DNA of 46,636 nt from positions 1-46,636 of the forward strand of contig JAUCGG010000017.1 in assembly GCA_030378015.1 (NCBI GenBank), in the 5' to 3' direction. Shown piece after piece: positions 18,563-28,737 of the stretch. Position numbers and translations under genes: made by a program. Source of the stretch: Desulfococcaceae bacterium HSG8 (GTDB taxonomy: Bacteria; Desulfobacterota; Desulfobacteria; Desulfobacterales; 4be13). Numbering within the stretch: the stretch's first letter is position 1; each line of letters begins with the position of its first letter. The notes under the pieces are model-generated. The model was not told the DNA's origin. It did not search any database and was given only the letters and a program-made list of their open reading frames with translations.

Positions 18563-19364
18563 ATGAAAACAGATGCGTTATTTTACAGACTGTTCCGACT
18601 CTCTCCCCGGAGCCTGTTCCGGCTTGTTAAGCTGAATCTGCAGGGGAAGTATGCTTTTGAGAGCATAACCGTCAAAACAACAGAAAAACGATTCGACGGT
18701 TTTATGAAACGGACGGACGGCGAAGGACCGAACGTGTTCGTCGAAATCCAGGGCTACGATTTACTGGCGGTCTTTCCGCGAAGTATGCATGTGGTACGAG
18801 GAGAATGACAGCAGCAGACCGTTTGTCCTGGTTGTTCTTTTCACTGATGAAAAATATGATCCCGACAACCGTATGCTGTCATGCAGACCTCCGTGCCGGC
18901 TGATCCGTAAAAATCTCGCAGACTGTCTGAAAGGAATAGGAAAACACGCTGGTGTGCTGGCCGTCCTGAAGCCGCTGATTCTTTCGGACAGCAAAAAAGA
19001 CCGGGCAAGGTTGCCGGAGCTTGCGCCGCAGTGGGAGGAAGAAGTCCGATCCCTTGATCTGCCGGAACATGAAACAAAGGAAGTGACAGAACTGCTCGTT
19101 TATGCAGTTATGCAAAGATTCTCAGACCTTAGTTTGGAAGAGGTGAAAAAAATGATACAGTTAACCCCCCTTGATAAGACCGTCGCCGGCCAGGAGCTTA
19201 TTCTGATAGGGGTAGAAAAGGGAGAGATGATTGGGAAAATTCAGACAATACAGCATGTTTTGAAACGCCCGGTCTCTTCCAGAGAAAAGCTTCTGCCAAA
19301 AGATATTTATGAACTGAAAACAATACTTGGAAAATTGGAATCTGCAATGGACATGATGAGATAA
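18563..19364 (+). pseudogene. DUF2887/Rpn-family paralog 3, disrupted by an 11-nt deletion (frameshift at ~18768), with a divergent C-terminal extension.
   Basis: ggctacgat|ttactggcgg here versus ggctacgacgataacacgatttactggcgg in copy 1. The track splits it into 18563..18808 and 18789..19364. Confidence 0.7.
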
Positions 19365-19637
19365 ATTCTGAAATAGCTGAAAATAAATAAAGTTTCGCGT
19401 TAAAGTAGTTATCGTCCAAACTAAAAACCGCCAATTTTTAACCATAGGACGATGCTGACAGAGACGCGCCCGTCCGGGCGCGGCTCTTGTTTGCGTTCTA
19501 TGGGGGGTGCTTGGCGGTACCTTAGTTTGGGCGCAGATACAGGGTCTGCGCCCTTTTTTTGTGCTTTTTTTCAGGTATCACTTTCCGTTTTTATATTAAC
19601 CGAAATCTTTTTAACCCAAAAAGGAGAAAACAGAAAA

Positions 19638-22600
19638 ATGACAAGAACAGCCAAAACCGTAACCATTTTAACCATTATGATTCTGTGTCTGTGCGGAATA
19701 CCCCTTCGGCAAGCTCAGGACAAGGCTTTCGCAGGTACACTGCCGGACACCGGGCAGACCAAATGCTACAACAACACCTCGGAAATCGCCTGCCCCGCAT
19801 CCGGCGAGGATTTCTACGGGCAGGATGCTCAGTACAGCACCAATCCCCGCTCATACACCAAGCTTCAGGGCGGCATAGTGGTACAGGATAACGTGACCGG
19901 GCTGATCTGGGAGGTGAAGACCGATGACGGATCTGTGCATGACAAGGACAACACCTACAATTGGGACGATGCACAGAGTGTGTTCATCGCCGCATTGAAC
20001 TCGGAGAAGTTCGGTGGGTATTCAGATTGGCGGTTACCCACGATTAAGGAATTGGGTTCCATTGTAAATTTGGAGCGGTATAACCCTACTATAGATACTA
20101 ATTATTTTCCTCATACGATATCCTCCCCTGATCCTAACACCCTAACTTCTGCTCAATATTGGTCATCGACTGATCGCCTCGGTACTTCTGATTCAGCATG
20201 GTCGATTACGTTTATTGATGGCAGTCGGGGGAATGTTGGTTCTAAGAAATATAAAGAAAATTATGTACGTGCTGTGCGAGGAACTAATAATTCGTCATTT
20301 AATTTTGTTGATAACGGCGATGGAACGGTTACTGATATCGGAACTGGCTTGATGTGGCAACAAGAGGCTTCTGGTTTAGTAGTAAGTTGGAAAGATGCTT
20401 TGGCTTACTGTGAGAACCTTTCTTATGCTGGGTACAATGACTGGCGATTGCCAAACAGAGGAGAACTCCTTTCTATAATGAACTACGGGAAATATGATTT
20501 AGCTATTGACGACAATTATTTTCCTAATATGATAGCACATTGGTATTGTTCTTCTACCAGTAATGTTAGTCAAACTGAAGACTATTGGAACGTCCACTCC
20601 AGTAATGGTGGAGATAGCTGTTATTACCCTAAAGCAGGAATCGGCTGTGTCCCGATTGCTGTCCGAGGCGGAGTAACGCCGCAGACTCATACACTGACCA
20701 CCAATATCGCCCCCGCAGTTGGCGGCAACACAATTTCCCGTTCTTCCGACAAATCCGCTTATGACCACAACGAAAGCGTAACCCTAACCGCAACCCCTGA
20801 CGACTGCTACAATTTCACCAACTGGTCAGGCGATTGCTCCGGGACATCTCCCACCTGCACCCTCACGATGGATTCGGACAAATCGGCCACGGCAAACTTC
20901 GCCATAAAAACATATTCGCTCACCGTCACTGCAAGCAACGGCAGCGTCACCAAAAGCCCCTCCGCATCAACCTACGACTGCGGAACCACTGTATCCCTTA
21001 CTGCCAACCCGAACACAGGTTACCACTTTGTCCGCTGGGAAGGCGATGTCTCCGGCACAAGCACATCCGCGTCCCTCACTATGACCGCAAACCGCAGTGT
21101 CACCGCCATATTCGAGGAAAATATCCCGGACACTTACACGCTTACAAAAACCGTTTCTCCCGCATCCGGAGGCTCGGTTTCCGCATCCCCCGACAAATCC
21201 GCCTATACTTCAGGCGAATCCGTAACCCTCACCGCCACCCCCGAAGCCTGTTATGACTTCACCGGATGGTCCGGCGCGTGTTCCGGAACGTCTTCCGCCT
21301 GTACCCTCACGATGGATTCGGACAAATCAGTCACGGCAAATTTTGCCATTAAAACCTGTTCCCTCAGTATCACCGCAGAAAACGGCACCGTGAGCAAAAG
21401 CCCGGATCAGGTATCTTATGACTGCGGAACAACAGTGCTGCTCACCGCATCCCCGAATTCAGGCTACAACTTCGATCATTGGGAAGGAGATGCCACAGGA
21501 ACGCAGACCACCGCCAGCCTCACCATGACAGAAGATATGAGCATCACAGCGGTGTTCGTATCAGGCAGTTATACAATTTCCGGGTATGTCAGGGATTCGG
21601 AGAATCAGGGCATCAGCGGTGTTACGCTGAATTTCAGCAATGACGGCGGCTCTGCAATCACGGACAGTTCGGGATTTTATACCCGACCCGTGAACAGCAA
21701 CTGGAGCGGCACGGTTACGCCGGACAAAACCTGCCATACCTTTGCGCCCTCGGACACGCCCTACAGCAATATCACTTCAAGCCAGTCCGATCAGAATTAT
21801 ACAGCAGCAACAGAAACTTACACCATTTCGGGATACATCAGGGATTCCTCGGCAAACAGCGGTGTCAGCGGCGTTACCCTGGATTTCAGCAACAGCGGCG
21901 GTTCAAGCAGCACGGACAGTTCCGGATTCTATTCGCATTCAGTGGATTGCGGCTGGAACGGCACGGTTACACCGAGTGCCAGTGCTTATACGTTTTCTCC
22001 CTCCAATCTTTCCTACGGCAGTGTCACGTCGGATATGTCCGGGCAGGATTATACGGCAGCACAGCAGGCCGTACCCAAAATCAGCTCGGACCCGGAATCC
22101 CTGACATTTTTTCAGTCCCGGTTCAGGAAAAAACGGACGGACATATTTGCAAAGCCGGAAGACAGTGCCAGACAAAAGACAAAACCGGAGAATCTGTTCA
22201 GCACCTTTTCCCGGAAAAATCTGCGCCTGTCCGAGAGGCAAAGCGATCTGCTTTTCAATTATGAGGCACTGGACACCACAGAAGATTCGGGAATCGTCAG
22301 GGTGAATGCAGACCTCCTGGAAACCGCGGACGTGCTGAATCTGAATCTGTCCGAAGATGCGGCTTACCCGGTTTTCAGAACCAGGACTGATGAACGATAT
22401 GACGGAAATTTCACATGGTACGGAAAAACTGAGGACAAAGCTTTCGGAAATGCGATTTTTGTGGTACAGAACAAGGAAGTGACCGGAACGATCCGAACAG
22501 GAGGAGAACTTTACGCGCTGAGACCTTTGGGACAGGGCCTTCACGCGCTCATCCGCCAGAACCCGGACAGCTTTCCCCCGGAACATCCGCCCGAATATGC

Positions 22601-24089
22601 GGAAGGAATGATCCCCGCGTCTTCCACGGGTTCCGAAAAACGCCATTCTGTTCGTTCCGACGACGGCTCCGTGATCACGGTTCTGGTTGCATACACCCCG
22701 GCTGCCGCAGGGTCATCGGGCAACATAAACGCGCTGATTCAGTTGGCGGTTGATGAGTCAAATCAGTCATACGAAAACAGCGGCATTTCCCCGAGACTGG
22801 AACTCGTGCATACCTACGAGGTAAATTACACCGAGTCCGGGGACTTCGGTATTGATCTGAATCGTTTCAGCGGAACCGGTGACGGGTACATGGAGGATGT
22901 TCATGACCTGCGGGACAACTACGCAGCGGACATAGCTGTGCTGATTATAAACCATACCCAGTATTGCGGGCTTGCATATCTCAATCTTTCCCTGAATCCC
23001 GCGCACGGCTTCGGCGTTGTATATTGGAACTGCGCCACAGGATATTACTCCTTCGCTCACGAAATCGGGCATATACAGAATGCCCGGCACAATCCCGAAA
23101 GAGATTCCTCCGTCTATCCCTATCCTTACGGACACGGTTATCTGAACGCGCCGCGAGACTGGAGAACCATCATGGCATACAACAGTTCCGCATGTCCGGG
23201 CGGATACTGTGAGAGAATCCGGTATTGGTCAAATCCTGATGTGAGATACGGCGGCGAAGTCACGGGAACCGCTTCCACCCATGATAATGCCCGTGTGCTG
23301 GATGAAACAGCAGTGGCTGTCTCGAATTTCCGGGTATCCGAATCCGGAACCACGCTCACAATTCGTAATATCGGCGGCGCGACACTCACCGTAAGCGCGG
23401 TGAGCGATGATCGGGACTGGCTCTCCGTGAGCGGCTATCCCGATACGCCATTCACCATTTCCCCAAGCGGCGACCAGACCGTAAACGCGGAGGTAAACTG
23501 GGGTTCGCTCGGCAGTTCCCAGCAGGAAGGGAGCATTACTATAGACTCGGACGATCCGGACACGCCCTCGCTCGTGATTCCGGTAACAGTGATCCCGGTT
23601 TCCGGGGATGAAATCGCGGTGCTGTCCGTGATACCGGATTACCGAAACATTGAGCCTTCAGGCGGCACAGGCACATTTATCACGGACAATATCGGAACCG
23701 GGAGCATGAGTTGGACAGCGGAAAGCAATGTCTCGTGGGTGACGATCACAGAAGGAAGCTCCGGCAGCAACTCCGGGACCGTGAAATTCGCCTGTCAGGC
23801 CAACAGCGGGTCCCAGGCACGGACCGGCAATATCACGATTACCACTCCCTCCGGGGAAAACAGCCCCCGGAGCGTGGAAATCATACAGAGCGTGATCGGA
23901 GATGTTGACTACAACGGAACCGTTGAACTGCGGGATGCCGTGCTGGCATTGAAAGTATCAGCAGGAAAGCAAGTTTACATCCTGTCCGCCTCGGAGTCAG
24001 GCTATGCCGCGATGGGTGTTGACGTGAACGGGGATGAGAAAATAGGGCAGGAAGAAGCGATTTATGTTTTGCAGATTATTGCAGAATAG
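19638..24089 (+). CDS. Secreted multidomain surface protein (1483 aa). Order: signal peptide, 2x DUF1566 (Lcl-C-terminal-like), 4x divergent InlB B-repeat-like domains, 2x carboxypeptidase-regulatory-like domains, metzincin-type zinc metalloprotease (Reprolysin_4/5-like), 2x BACON-like beta domains, C-terminal dockerin-like module.
   Basis: Start MTRTAKTVTILTIMILCLCGIPL with RBS aaaggagaaaacagaaaaATG. DUF1566 signatures (TGLIWEVKT...YSDWRLPTIKEL; TGLMWQQE...YNDWRLPNRGEL). Repeats of TLT..PA.GG.VS.SPDKSAY..GESVTLTATP..CY.FTGWSG. HEIGHIQNARHN at ~23064-23096 (HExxHxxxxxH). C-terminus GDVDYNGTVELRDAVLALKV...GVDVNGDEKIGQEEAIYVLQ is a duplicated Ca-binding dockerin-type segment. Confidence 0.8.
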   Translation: MTRTAKTVTILTIMILCLCGIPLRQAQDKAFAGTLPDTGQTKCYNNTSEIACPASGEDFYGQDAQYSTNPRSYTKLQGGIVVQDNVTGLIWEVKTDDGSVHDKDNTYNWDDAQSVFIAALNSEKFGGYSDWRLPTIKELGSIVNLERYNPTIDTNYFPHTISSPDPNTLTSAQYWSSTDRLGTSDSAWSITFIDGSRGNVGSKKYKENYVRAVRGTNNSSFNFVDNGDGTVTDIGTGLMWQQEASGLVVSWKDALAYCENLSYAGYNDWRLPNRGELLSIMNYGKYDLAIDDNYFPNMIAHWYCSSTSNVSQTEDYWNVHSSNGGDSCYYPKAGIGCVPIAVRGGVTPQTHTLTTNIAPAVGGNTISRSSDKSAYDHNESVTLTATPDDCYNFTNWSGDCSGTSPTCTLTMDSDKSATANFAIKTYSLTVTASNGSVTKSPSASTYDCGTTVSLTANPNTGYHFVRWEGDVSGTSTSASLTMTANRSVTAIFEENIPDTYTLTKTVSPASGGSVSASPDKSAYTSGESVTLTATPEACYDFTGWSGACSGTSSACTLTMDSDKSVTANFAIKTCSLSITAENGTVSKSPDQVSYDCGTTVLLTASPNSGYNFDHWEGDATGTQTTASLTMTEDMSITAVFVSGSYTISGYVRDSENQGISGVTLNFSNDGGSAITDSSGFYTRPVNSNWSGTVTPDKTCHTFAPSDTPYSNITSSQSDQNYTAATETYTISGYIRDSSANSGVSGVTLDFSNSGGSSSTDSSGFYSHSVDCGWNGTVTPSASAYTFSPSNLSYGSVTSDMSGQDYTAAQQAVPKISSDPESLTFFQSRFRKKRTDIFAKPEDSARQKTKPENLFSTFSRKNLRLSERQSDLLFNYEALDTTEDSGIVRVNADLLETADVLNLNLSEDAAYPVFRTRTDERYDGNFTWYGKTEDKAFGNAIFVVQNKEVTGTIRTGGELYALRPLGQGLHALIRQNPDSFPPEHPPEYAEGMIPASSTGSEKRHSVRSDDGSVITVLVAYTPAAAGSSGNINALIQLAVDESNQSYENSGISPRLELVHTYEVNYTESGDFGIDLNRFSGTGDGYMEDVHDLRDNYAADIAVLIINHTQYCGLAYLNLSLNPAHGFGVVYWNCATGYYSFAHEIGHIQNARHNPERDSSVYPYPYGHGYLNAPRDWRTIMAYNSSACPGGYCERIRYWSNPDVRYGGEVTGTASTHDNARVLDETAVAVSNFRVSESGTTLTIRNIGGATLTVSAVSDDRDWLSVSGYPDTPFTISPSGDQTVNAEVNWGSLGSSQQEGSITIDSDDPDTPSLVIPVTVIPVSGDEIAVLSVIPDYRNIEPSGGTGTFITDNIGTGSMSWTAESNVSWVTITEGSSGSNSGTVKFACQANSGSQARTGNITITTPSGENSPRSVEIIQSVIGDVDYNGTVELRDAVLALKVSAGKQVYILSASESGYAAMGVDVNGDEKIGQEEAIYVLQIIAE

Positions 24090-24212
24090 TTTTTTGTGAG
24101 AACCGGGTACCGATGCATATTCAGTAAAAAAGCAAAATTGATGTGAAAGACGCTGTGTATATCTTACGGATGATTGCAAAATAGTCGGTTTTTTTCCTGA
24201 GCCAGCAAAAGG

Positions 24213-24285
24213 GAGTGCGGAAATGGAGCCGCCAGGCGGAATTTTCGCACTCCGACGTATGACTGGTCTCGGGTTTTTTGTTTGC
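24213..24285. terminator. Hairpin gggagtgcggaaat...attttcgcactcc with nested ccgcc-agg-cgg, followed by gggttttttg. Candidate terminator between convergent genes.
   Basis: Stems read directly. Lies between the stop at 24089 (+) and the stop at 24308 (-). Confidence 0.35.
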
Positions 24286-24307
24286 AAACCGGGTTTTTTA
24301 CAAAACT

Positions 24308-27259
24308 CTATCCGCTCTGCAAAACCTCCCTCAGAATAGAGATCAGATCCTCAAATCCGATCTTTCCGTCGCCGCTGATATCTGGACTCAGCTCCGTGTT
24401 ATCGGTGTTCATGCCAGTCAGCATCCGCAGAATCCGTATGGCATCGCCCAGGTCAGCATTATCGTAAACTGTATTTGTCCTGATTTTCACTTCCGATTCT
24501 GTTGTCGTATCAGGATCAGAGAGAGAAGCGGCGGTAATCATGACAGTATTCTCTGCTCCCGGTTCGGAAGGCACTGTGATCTCCAAAGAAAGATTTTCCC
24601 GTGTGAGAGATCCGACTTCGACGGAAGACGGCAGACCGTTCATCTCCCAGTCTTCAGCATCGCTCACTTCCAACGTGTAAGTATCGTCAGCCGGACTGTT
24701 ATTGACAATAAAAAGTTCGGCAGTGACAGTCTCCCCGCCTTCCGCGCTTACATGCAGAGGTGCGATCAGGATAACATCATAAAGAATCTTTGCAGGGCCG
24801 GTTACAACATTAGGTGCATCAACTATTTCGGAAAGGTTTTCATTATCATCCAGCAGGATTGTGTCCGCGAAAATTTTGACCTGATTTCCTGCCTGAAGCG
24901 CATTCCCCGATGTTCCCCGGAGATCAATCACACCTCCGGTTCCGACTGCGAGGGTGATCATATCTGTTGCGGAAATGGCTTGGCTGCTGAGATTCGTGAG
25001 ATCAAGGGTCAGGTTATCCCCCCCGAAGATAGTGATATCTTCGGCATCGTAAATCCGTGCGCTGTCGCCTGTCACCGCTATGCTCGGATCTATCATGACC
25101 CGACTGCCGCTGCCGCCAAGGCCGACTTCCCCGTTCTGACTGACAGATTTGGCGACAAGATGCACATTCCCACCGCTTCCCGGTGTTGCCCCGTCTGCTG
25201 ATTCCCGCAAAATCTTTTCAGCATCCCCTCCTCTCCCGCTGTAAATTCTGCCGGTATTTGTGTTTAGCAAGGCATTTGCGGCATGGAGTACGGTATCACC
25301 TCCGTTGCCTCCGGTCGCATTGCCGTAACTCCCATGATGGGTTCCCATTCCGCCGTTACCTTTTTCACTATCACTGGCGGGACCTATAACCCCTTCGTTA
25401 GTAATGTCTTCCCCGGATATGAAGATTACGCCTCCGTGACCTCCTTCGGCATAATCGTTGTCGTGTCTTATTATTTCATCTCCCCCGCGGCCAGCCTGGA
25501 TATTGCCGGTCTCCCCGTTATATATCTCAGGGGCTTCCAGTATTACGCTGCTTCCCGGTCTGGCGCGGATATAGTCTGACAGGCTGGTTCCTCTTCCGTT
25601 TGCCCCGTCTGCCCCGACAATATATCCCTCGTTACGGATGAGGGTATCTGCTGTCAGCCTTAAATCTTTTCCCGCCGGGGTTTCCAACGTGCCATAATTG
25701 TAAAACCCGCTGACCCTGATCGGAGTGGCGCAGATAAGCGTATGCCCGGGATTAATCTGTGCCACATCCCCGGGGCCGGGAATATCACCTGTCCCTGTAA
25801 CTCTTGACCAGGTATTCGGATCATTCCATGACCCGCCGGAGCGGGATGCAATTATCGGATCTGTGGTTTCCGGGAGAATTGTCGTAGTCGTTGTTGTTGT
25901 TGTTGTCGTAGTAGTCGTTGTCGTTGTTGACGCAGGAAGAGTTGTAGTAGTTTCAGGCAGGGGGATTGTCGTTGTTGTGGTCGTCAGTGTTGTAGAAATA
26001 ACTGTGGTGGTTGTCGTGCTTGTGGTTGCGCTGGTAGTAGTCGTTGAAGCCGCGGGTTTTGTCGTCGTTGTGGTCGTATTTGCCGAACCGGTTGTCGTTG
26101 TTATCGAACCAGTTGTCGTTGTTACCGGAACAGTTGTCGTTGTTGACGGAACAGTTGTCGTTGTCGTCGGGATAGTTGTCGTTGTTGACGGAACAGTTGT
26201 TGTCGTTACCGTGAGAATATCGAAATTGTACCGGATGGTCAGGCCTGCCGAAACATTGCTGCTGCTCCAACAGTAATCTGCGTACCCGATTACTTCCCCC
26301 TCATAAGATACCACGTTTCTTCTTCCGTCGCCGGTTGTCTCAATGATGAAAGCTACAGAACTGCCAGGTATCCATCCTGGCCTTTTAACAATCTGACCAA
26401 GCAGTCCTCTGATATCTATCTGAGGTATTGCATTCAGACCGGGGGATACACATACAGTGACAGGGCCGTATGCACCGAAAAGTCTGCCGGATATATTATT
26501 CTGGCCTGATGTGAATTCCGAAGCATTATCAACAGCCTGTGCATATATGTTGAGCGTGATTTCACCTTCCTTGACCCCGGGCCATTCAGGCGCGACATGC
26601 GTGGCCCCGGGATTCGGGGATGAATCAGGGCATACATAACCCGACTCCGGGGGGTTTTTAAAAGTTAATTTCGCTACCTGGACCGTGCAGTCCTTGGGAG
26701 CAGTGACGTCATTGAAACGAAAGCCCGCGGTTGTAGCCGCCTCCAGCATGATGGCTCTGTTCTCATCAGGGTACGGCTCCTCTTCTGTCCCCTTTACATT
26801 GCCTGACGCATCTTCTTCAGCATCATCCGGAGCGGCTTTGTAGGACTCTGTGACGATAAATTTTACATCAATTGTACAGTCTTTCGTAACAGTCAGGGTA
26901 TATTCCGCATCTTTGCTGCTCTGTCCGTCGTCAAATACCAAGTCATAATATACGGATACCGGTTCAGGATCACCTTCGCAGGTCAGGATTACGTCGTAAA
27001 TCTTGTAAATCTGGTTAGCCGTCTGGGGAGCGCGAACCAGCCTGAATGTCAGGTCGGTTCCTGCGGTTATGCCTGAAACCCCGACGGGTGACAGGATATC
27101 CGGCGGATCAATCAGCTTCGCCCCTTCATACTCGACACTTCCGCCGAAATCATCTGTAACATTGACCGTTACCGTGAATTGTGCCTGGGCACCGGCGACG
27201 TTAAATATACCTCCGAATAGCAGGAAAACAAATATTATTACTGTGCTTTTTCTTAACAT
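24308..27259 (-). CDS. Secreted Thr-rich surface protein (983 aa). Order: signal peptide, ~330-aa N-terminal domain, ~130-aa poly-Thr/Pro linker, Gly-rich beta-helix-like region, C-terminal dockerin-like module.
   Basis: MLRKSTVIIFVFLLFGGIFNVAGAQA signal. TTTTVPSTTTTIPTTTTT...TTTTTTTTTTTTTTTTT linker (DNA 25850-26250). GG/GNGG-rich repeats. C-terminus DISGDGKIGFEDLISILREV (dockerin-type Ca loop). Confidence 0.75.
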   Translation of the reverse strand: MLRKSTVIIFVFLLFGGIFNVAGAQAQFTVTVNVTDDFGGSVEYEGAKLIDPPDILSPVGVSGITAGTDLTFRLVRAPQTANQIYKIYDVILTCEGDPEPVSVYYDLVFDDGQSSKDAEYTLTVTKDCTIDVKFIVTESYKAAPDDAEEDASGNVKGTEEEPYPDENRAIMLEAATTAGFRFNDVTAPKDCTVQVAKLTFKNPPESGYVCPDSSPNPGATHVAPEWPGVKEGEITLNIYAQAVDNASEFTSGQNNISGRLFGAYGPVTVCVSPGLNAIPQIDIRGLLGQIVKRPGWIPGSSVAFIIETTGDGRRNVVSYEGEVIGYADYCWSSSNVSAGLTIRYNFDILTVTTTTVPSTTTTIPTTTTTVPSTTTTVPVTTTTGSITTTTGSANTTTTTTKPAASTTTTSATTSTTTTTVISTTLTTTTTTIPLPETTTTLPASTTTTTTTTTTTTTTTTILPETTDPIIASRSGGSWNDPNTWSRVTGTGDIPGPGDVAQINPGHTLICATPIRVSGFYNYGTLETPAGKDLRLTADTLIRNEGYIVGADGANGRGTSLSDYIRARPGSSVILEAPEIYNGETGNIQAGRGGDEIIRHDNDYAEGGHGGVIFISGEDITNEGVIGPASDSEKGNGGMGTHHGSYGNATGGNGGDTVLHAANALLNTNTGRIYSGRGGDAEKILRESADGATPGSGGNVHLVAKSVSQNGEVGLGGSGSRVMIDPSIAVTGDSARIYDAEDITIFGGDNLTLDLTNLSSQAISATDMITLAVGTGGVIDLRGTSGNALQAGNQVKIFADTILLDDNENLSEIVDAPNVVTGPAKILYDVILIAPLHVSAEGGETVTAELFIVNNSPADDTYTLEVSDAEDWEMNGLPSSVEVGSLTRENLSLEITVPSEPGAENTVMITAASLSDPDTTTESEVKIRTNTVYDNADLGDAIRILRMLTGMNTDNTELSPDISGDGKIGFEDLISILREVLQSG

Positions 27260-27287
27260 TTTATTGACCTCCTTTTTAAATTGTTTA

Positions 27288-27335
27288 ACAAATAAAATAC
27301 CTGAAGATGTAGGGTGGGTGGAGCGAAGCGTAACC
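27288..27335. repeat. Hairpin element gtagggtgggtggagcgaagcgtaacccacc. An inverted copy lies at 28975-29012.
   Basis: The two copies are reverse complements and bracket the 1.7-kb MITE-filled spacer. Confidence 0.6.
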
Positions 27336-27543
27336 CACCTTTTGCTGTTATTATTTATTATTTATTATCTCGACAGTCATAAGTTCTCTGAAGCCGCTGT
27401 TCTGAGTCCCCCTTTTTTAAAGGGGGATTCAGGGGGATTTCAGCAGGTTGGGGGAAATCCCCCCCGGCCCCCTTTAAAAAAGGGGGGAGTTTCCTGGTGA
27501 GCCATTTCAGCTATTTATGAGAACTTACGACTCACGAGTTATT

Positions 27544-28275
27544 ATCAGCAGATCGAAAAATTTCCGGTTAAACAGTGGATTCCGGGTTAAAATTAAAAAA
27601 CATCCGTTTTGGGCGCATTTACAACTTGAGGGAGTCCCGGAGGGACGACTGAAAATAGCCCGGCAATTTATTGCCGGGGGCGAATGTCCCCGTTTTTCAG
27701 TCCCGCAGGACGAATGAAAAGCTTTTTTTCAGCCGTCCCTACGGGACGTGATGATCCGGAATACTCACCCGGCAATGAATTGCCGGGCTATTTTCAGTCG
27801 TCCTCCGGGACTGAAAATCACTCCCCTGACTTGTAAATACGCCCATCCGTTTTTTAATTAATTTTCCCCGGAATGACAGCTTTAAACTATTGTCATTCCG
27901 GGGAAAATCGGAAAACGGATGTTTTCCGATTTTAACGGGCGCATTCCCAAAAAGTAGGAAATTCTCGTTCCCAAGCTCCGTCCGCCTGGAATGCATCCTG
28001 AGAGGCTCTGCCTCGTTTTTTGTTTTAAAACAGACAAGTTAAGCGAAATATCCTGCAAGGCAGAGCCTTGCGGAATGCATTCCCAGGCAGAGCCTGGGAA
28101 CGAGTAAAAAATATCCGTTTTTTAATTTTCCCCGGAATGACAGCTTTAACCTATTGTCATTCCGGGGAAAATCGGAAAACGGATGTTTTCCGATTTTAAC
28201 CCGGAATCCACATTCCGGAAAAGCATCCTGATTTTCCCCGGAATGACAATTCGGGTAAACCACAAAATCCGTTAG
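27544..28275. mobile_element. Nested MITE cluster. A family E element is interrupted by a family D element (27612-27845) and a family F element (27945-28108), followed by more family E hairpins.
   Basis: Family E reads ...aaaaaacatccgtttt | family D | catccgttttttaattaattttccccggaatgaca. The 9-bp atccgtttt is duplicated on both sides of family D. Family F is inserted after ...ccgattttaac. Confidence 0.65.
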
Positions 28276-28294
28276 AACCAGTATTATTTATTAT

Positions 28295-28615
28295 CAGCAG
28301 ATCGAAAAATTTCCGGTAAACCCTTTTAAACAGTGGATTCCGGGTTAAAATGTTAAAAACATCCGTTTTTTTATTTTCCCCGGAATGACAGTTTTAAACT
28401 ATTGTCATTCCGGGGAAAATCGGAAAACGGATGTTTTCCGATTTTAACGGGCGCATTCCCAAAAAGTAGGAAATTCTCGTTCCCAGGCTCCGCCTGGGAA
28501 TGCATCCTGAGAGGCTCTGCCTCGTTTTTTGTTTTAAAACAGATAAGTTAAGCGAAATGTCCTGTAAAACAGAGCCTTGCGGAATGCATTCCCAGGCAGA
28601 GCCTGGGAACGAGTA
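28295..28615. mobile_element. Second family E copy (28295-28445) with a family F element (28445-28615) inserted at the same relative site.
   Basis: ...ggaaaacggatgttttccgattttaac|gggcgcattcccaaaaagtaggaaattctcgttcccagg... is identical to the junction at 27940. Confidence 0.6.
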
Positions 28616-28737
28616 ATATTTTGAATTTTATGGTAATCTGTATGCAGCCTACTTTTGGGGAATGCTCCCATTTTAACCCGGGGTCCACTGTTTGCAGAAG
28701 TTTTCGATCTGCTGATTATCAGTAGGCATCCTTCATT

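Noticed and set aside
25725-26276. Plus-strand 183-aa poly-Val ORF.
   Set aside because: Reverse complement of the poly-Thr linker of the 983-aa minus-strand gene.
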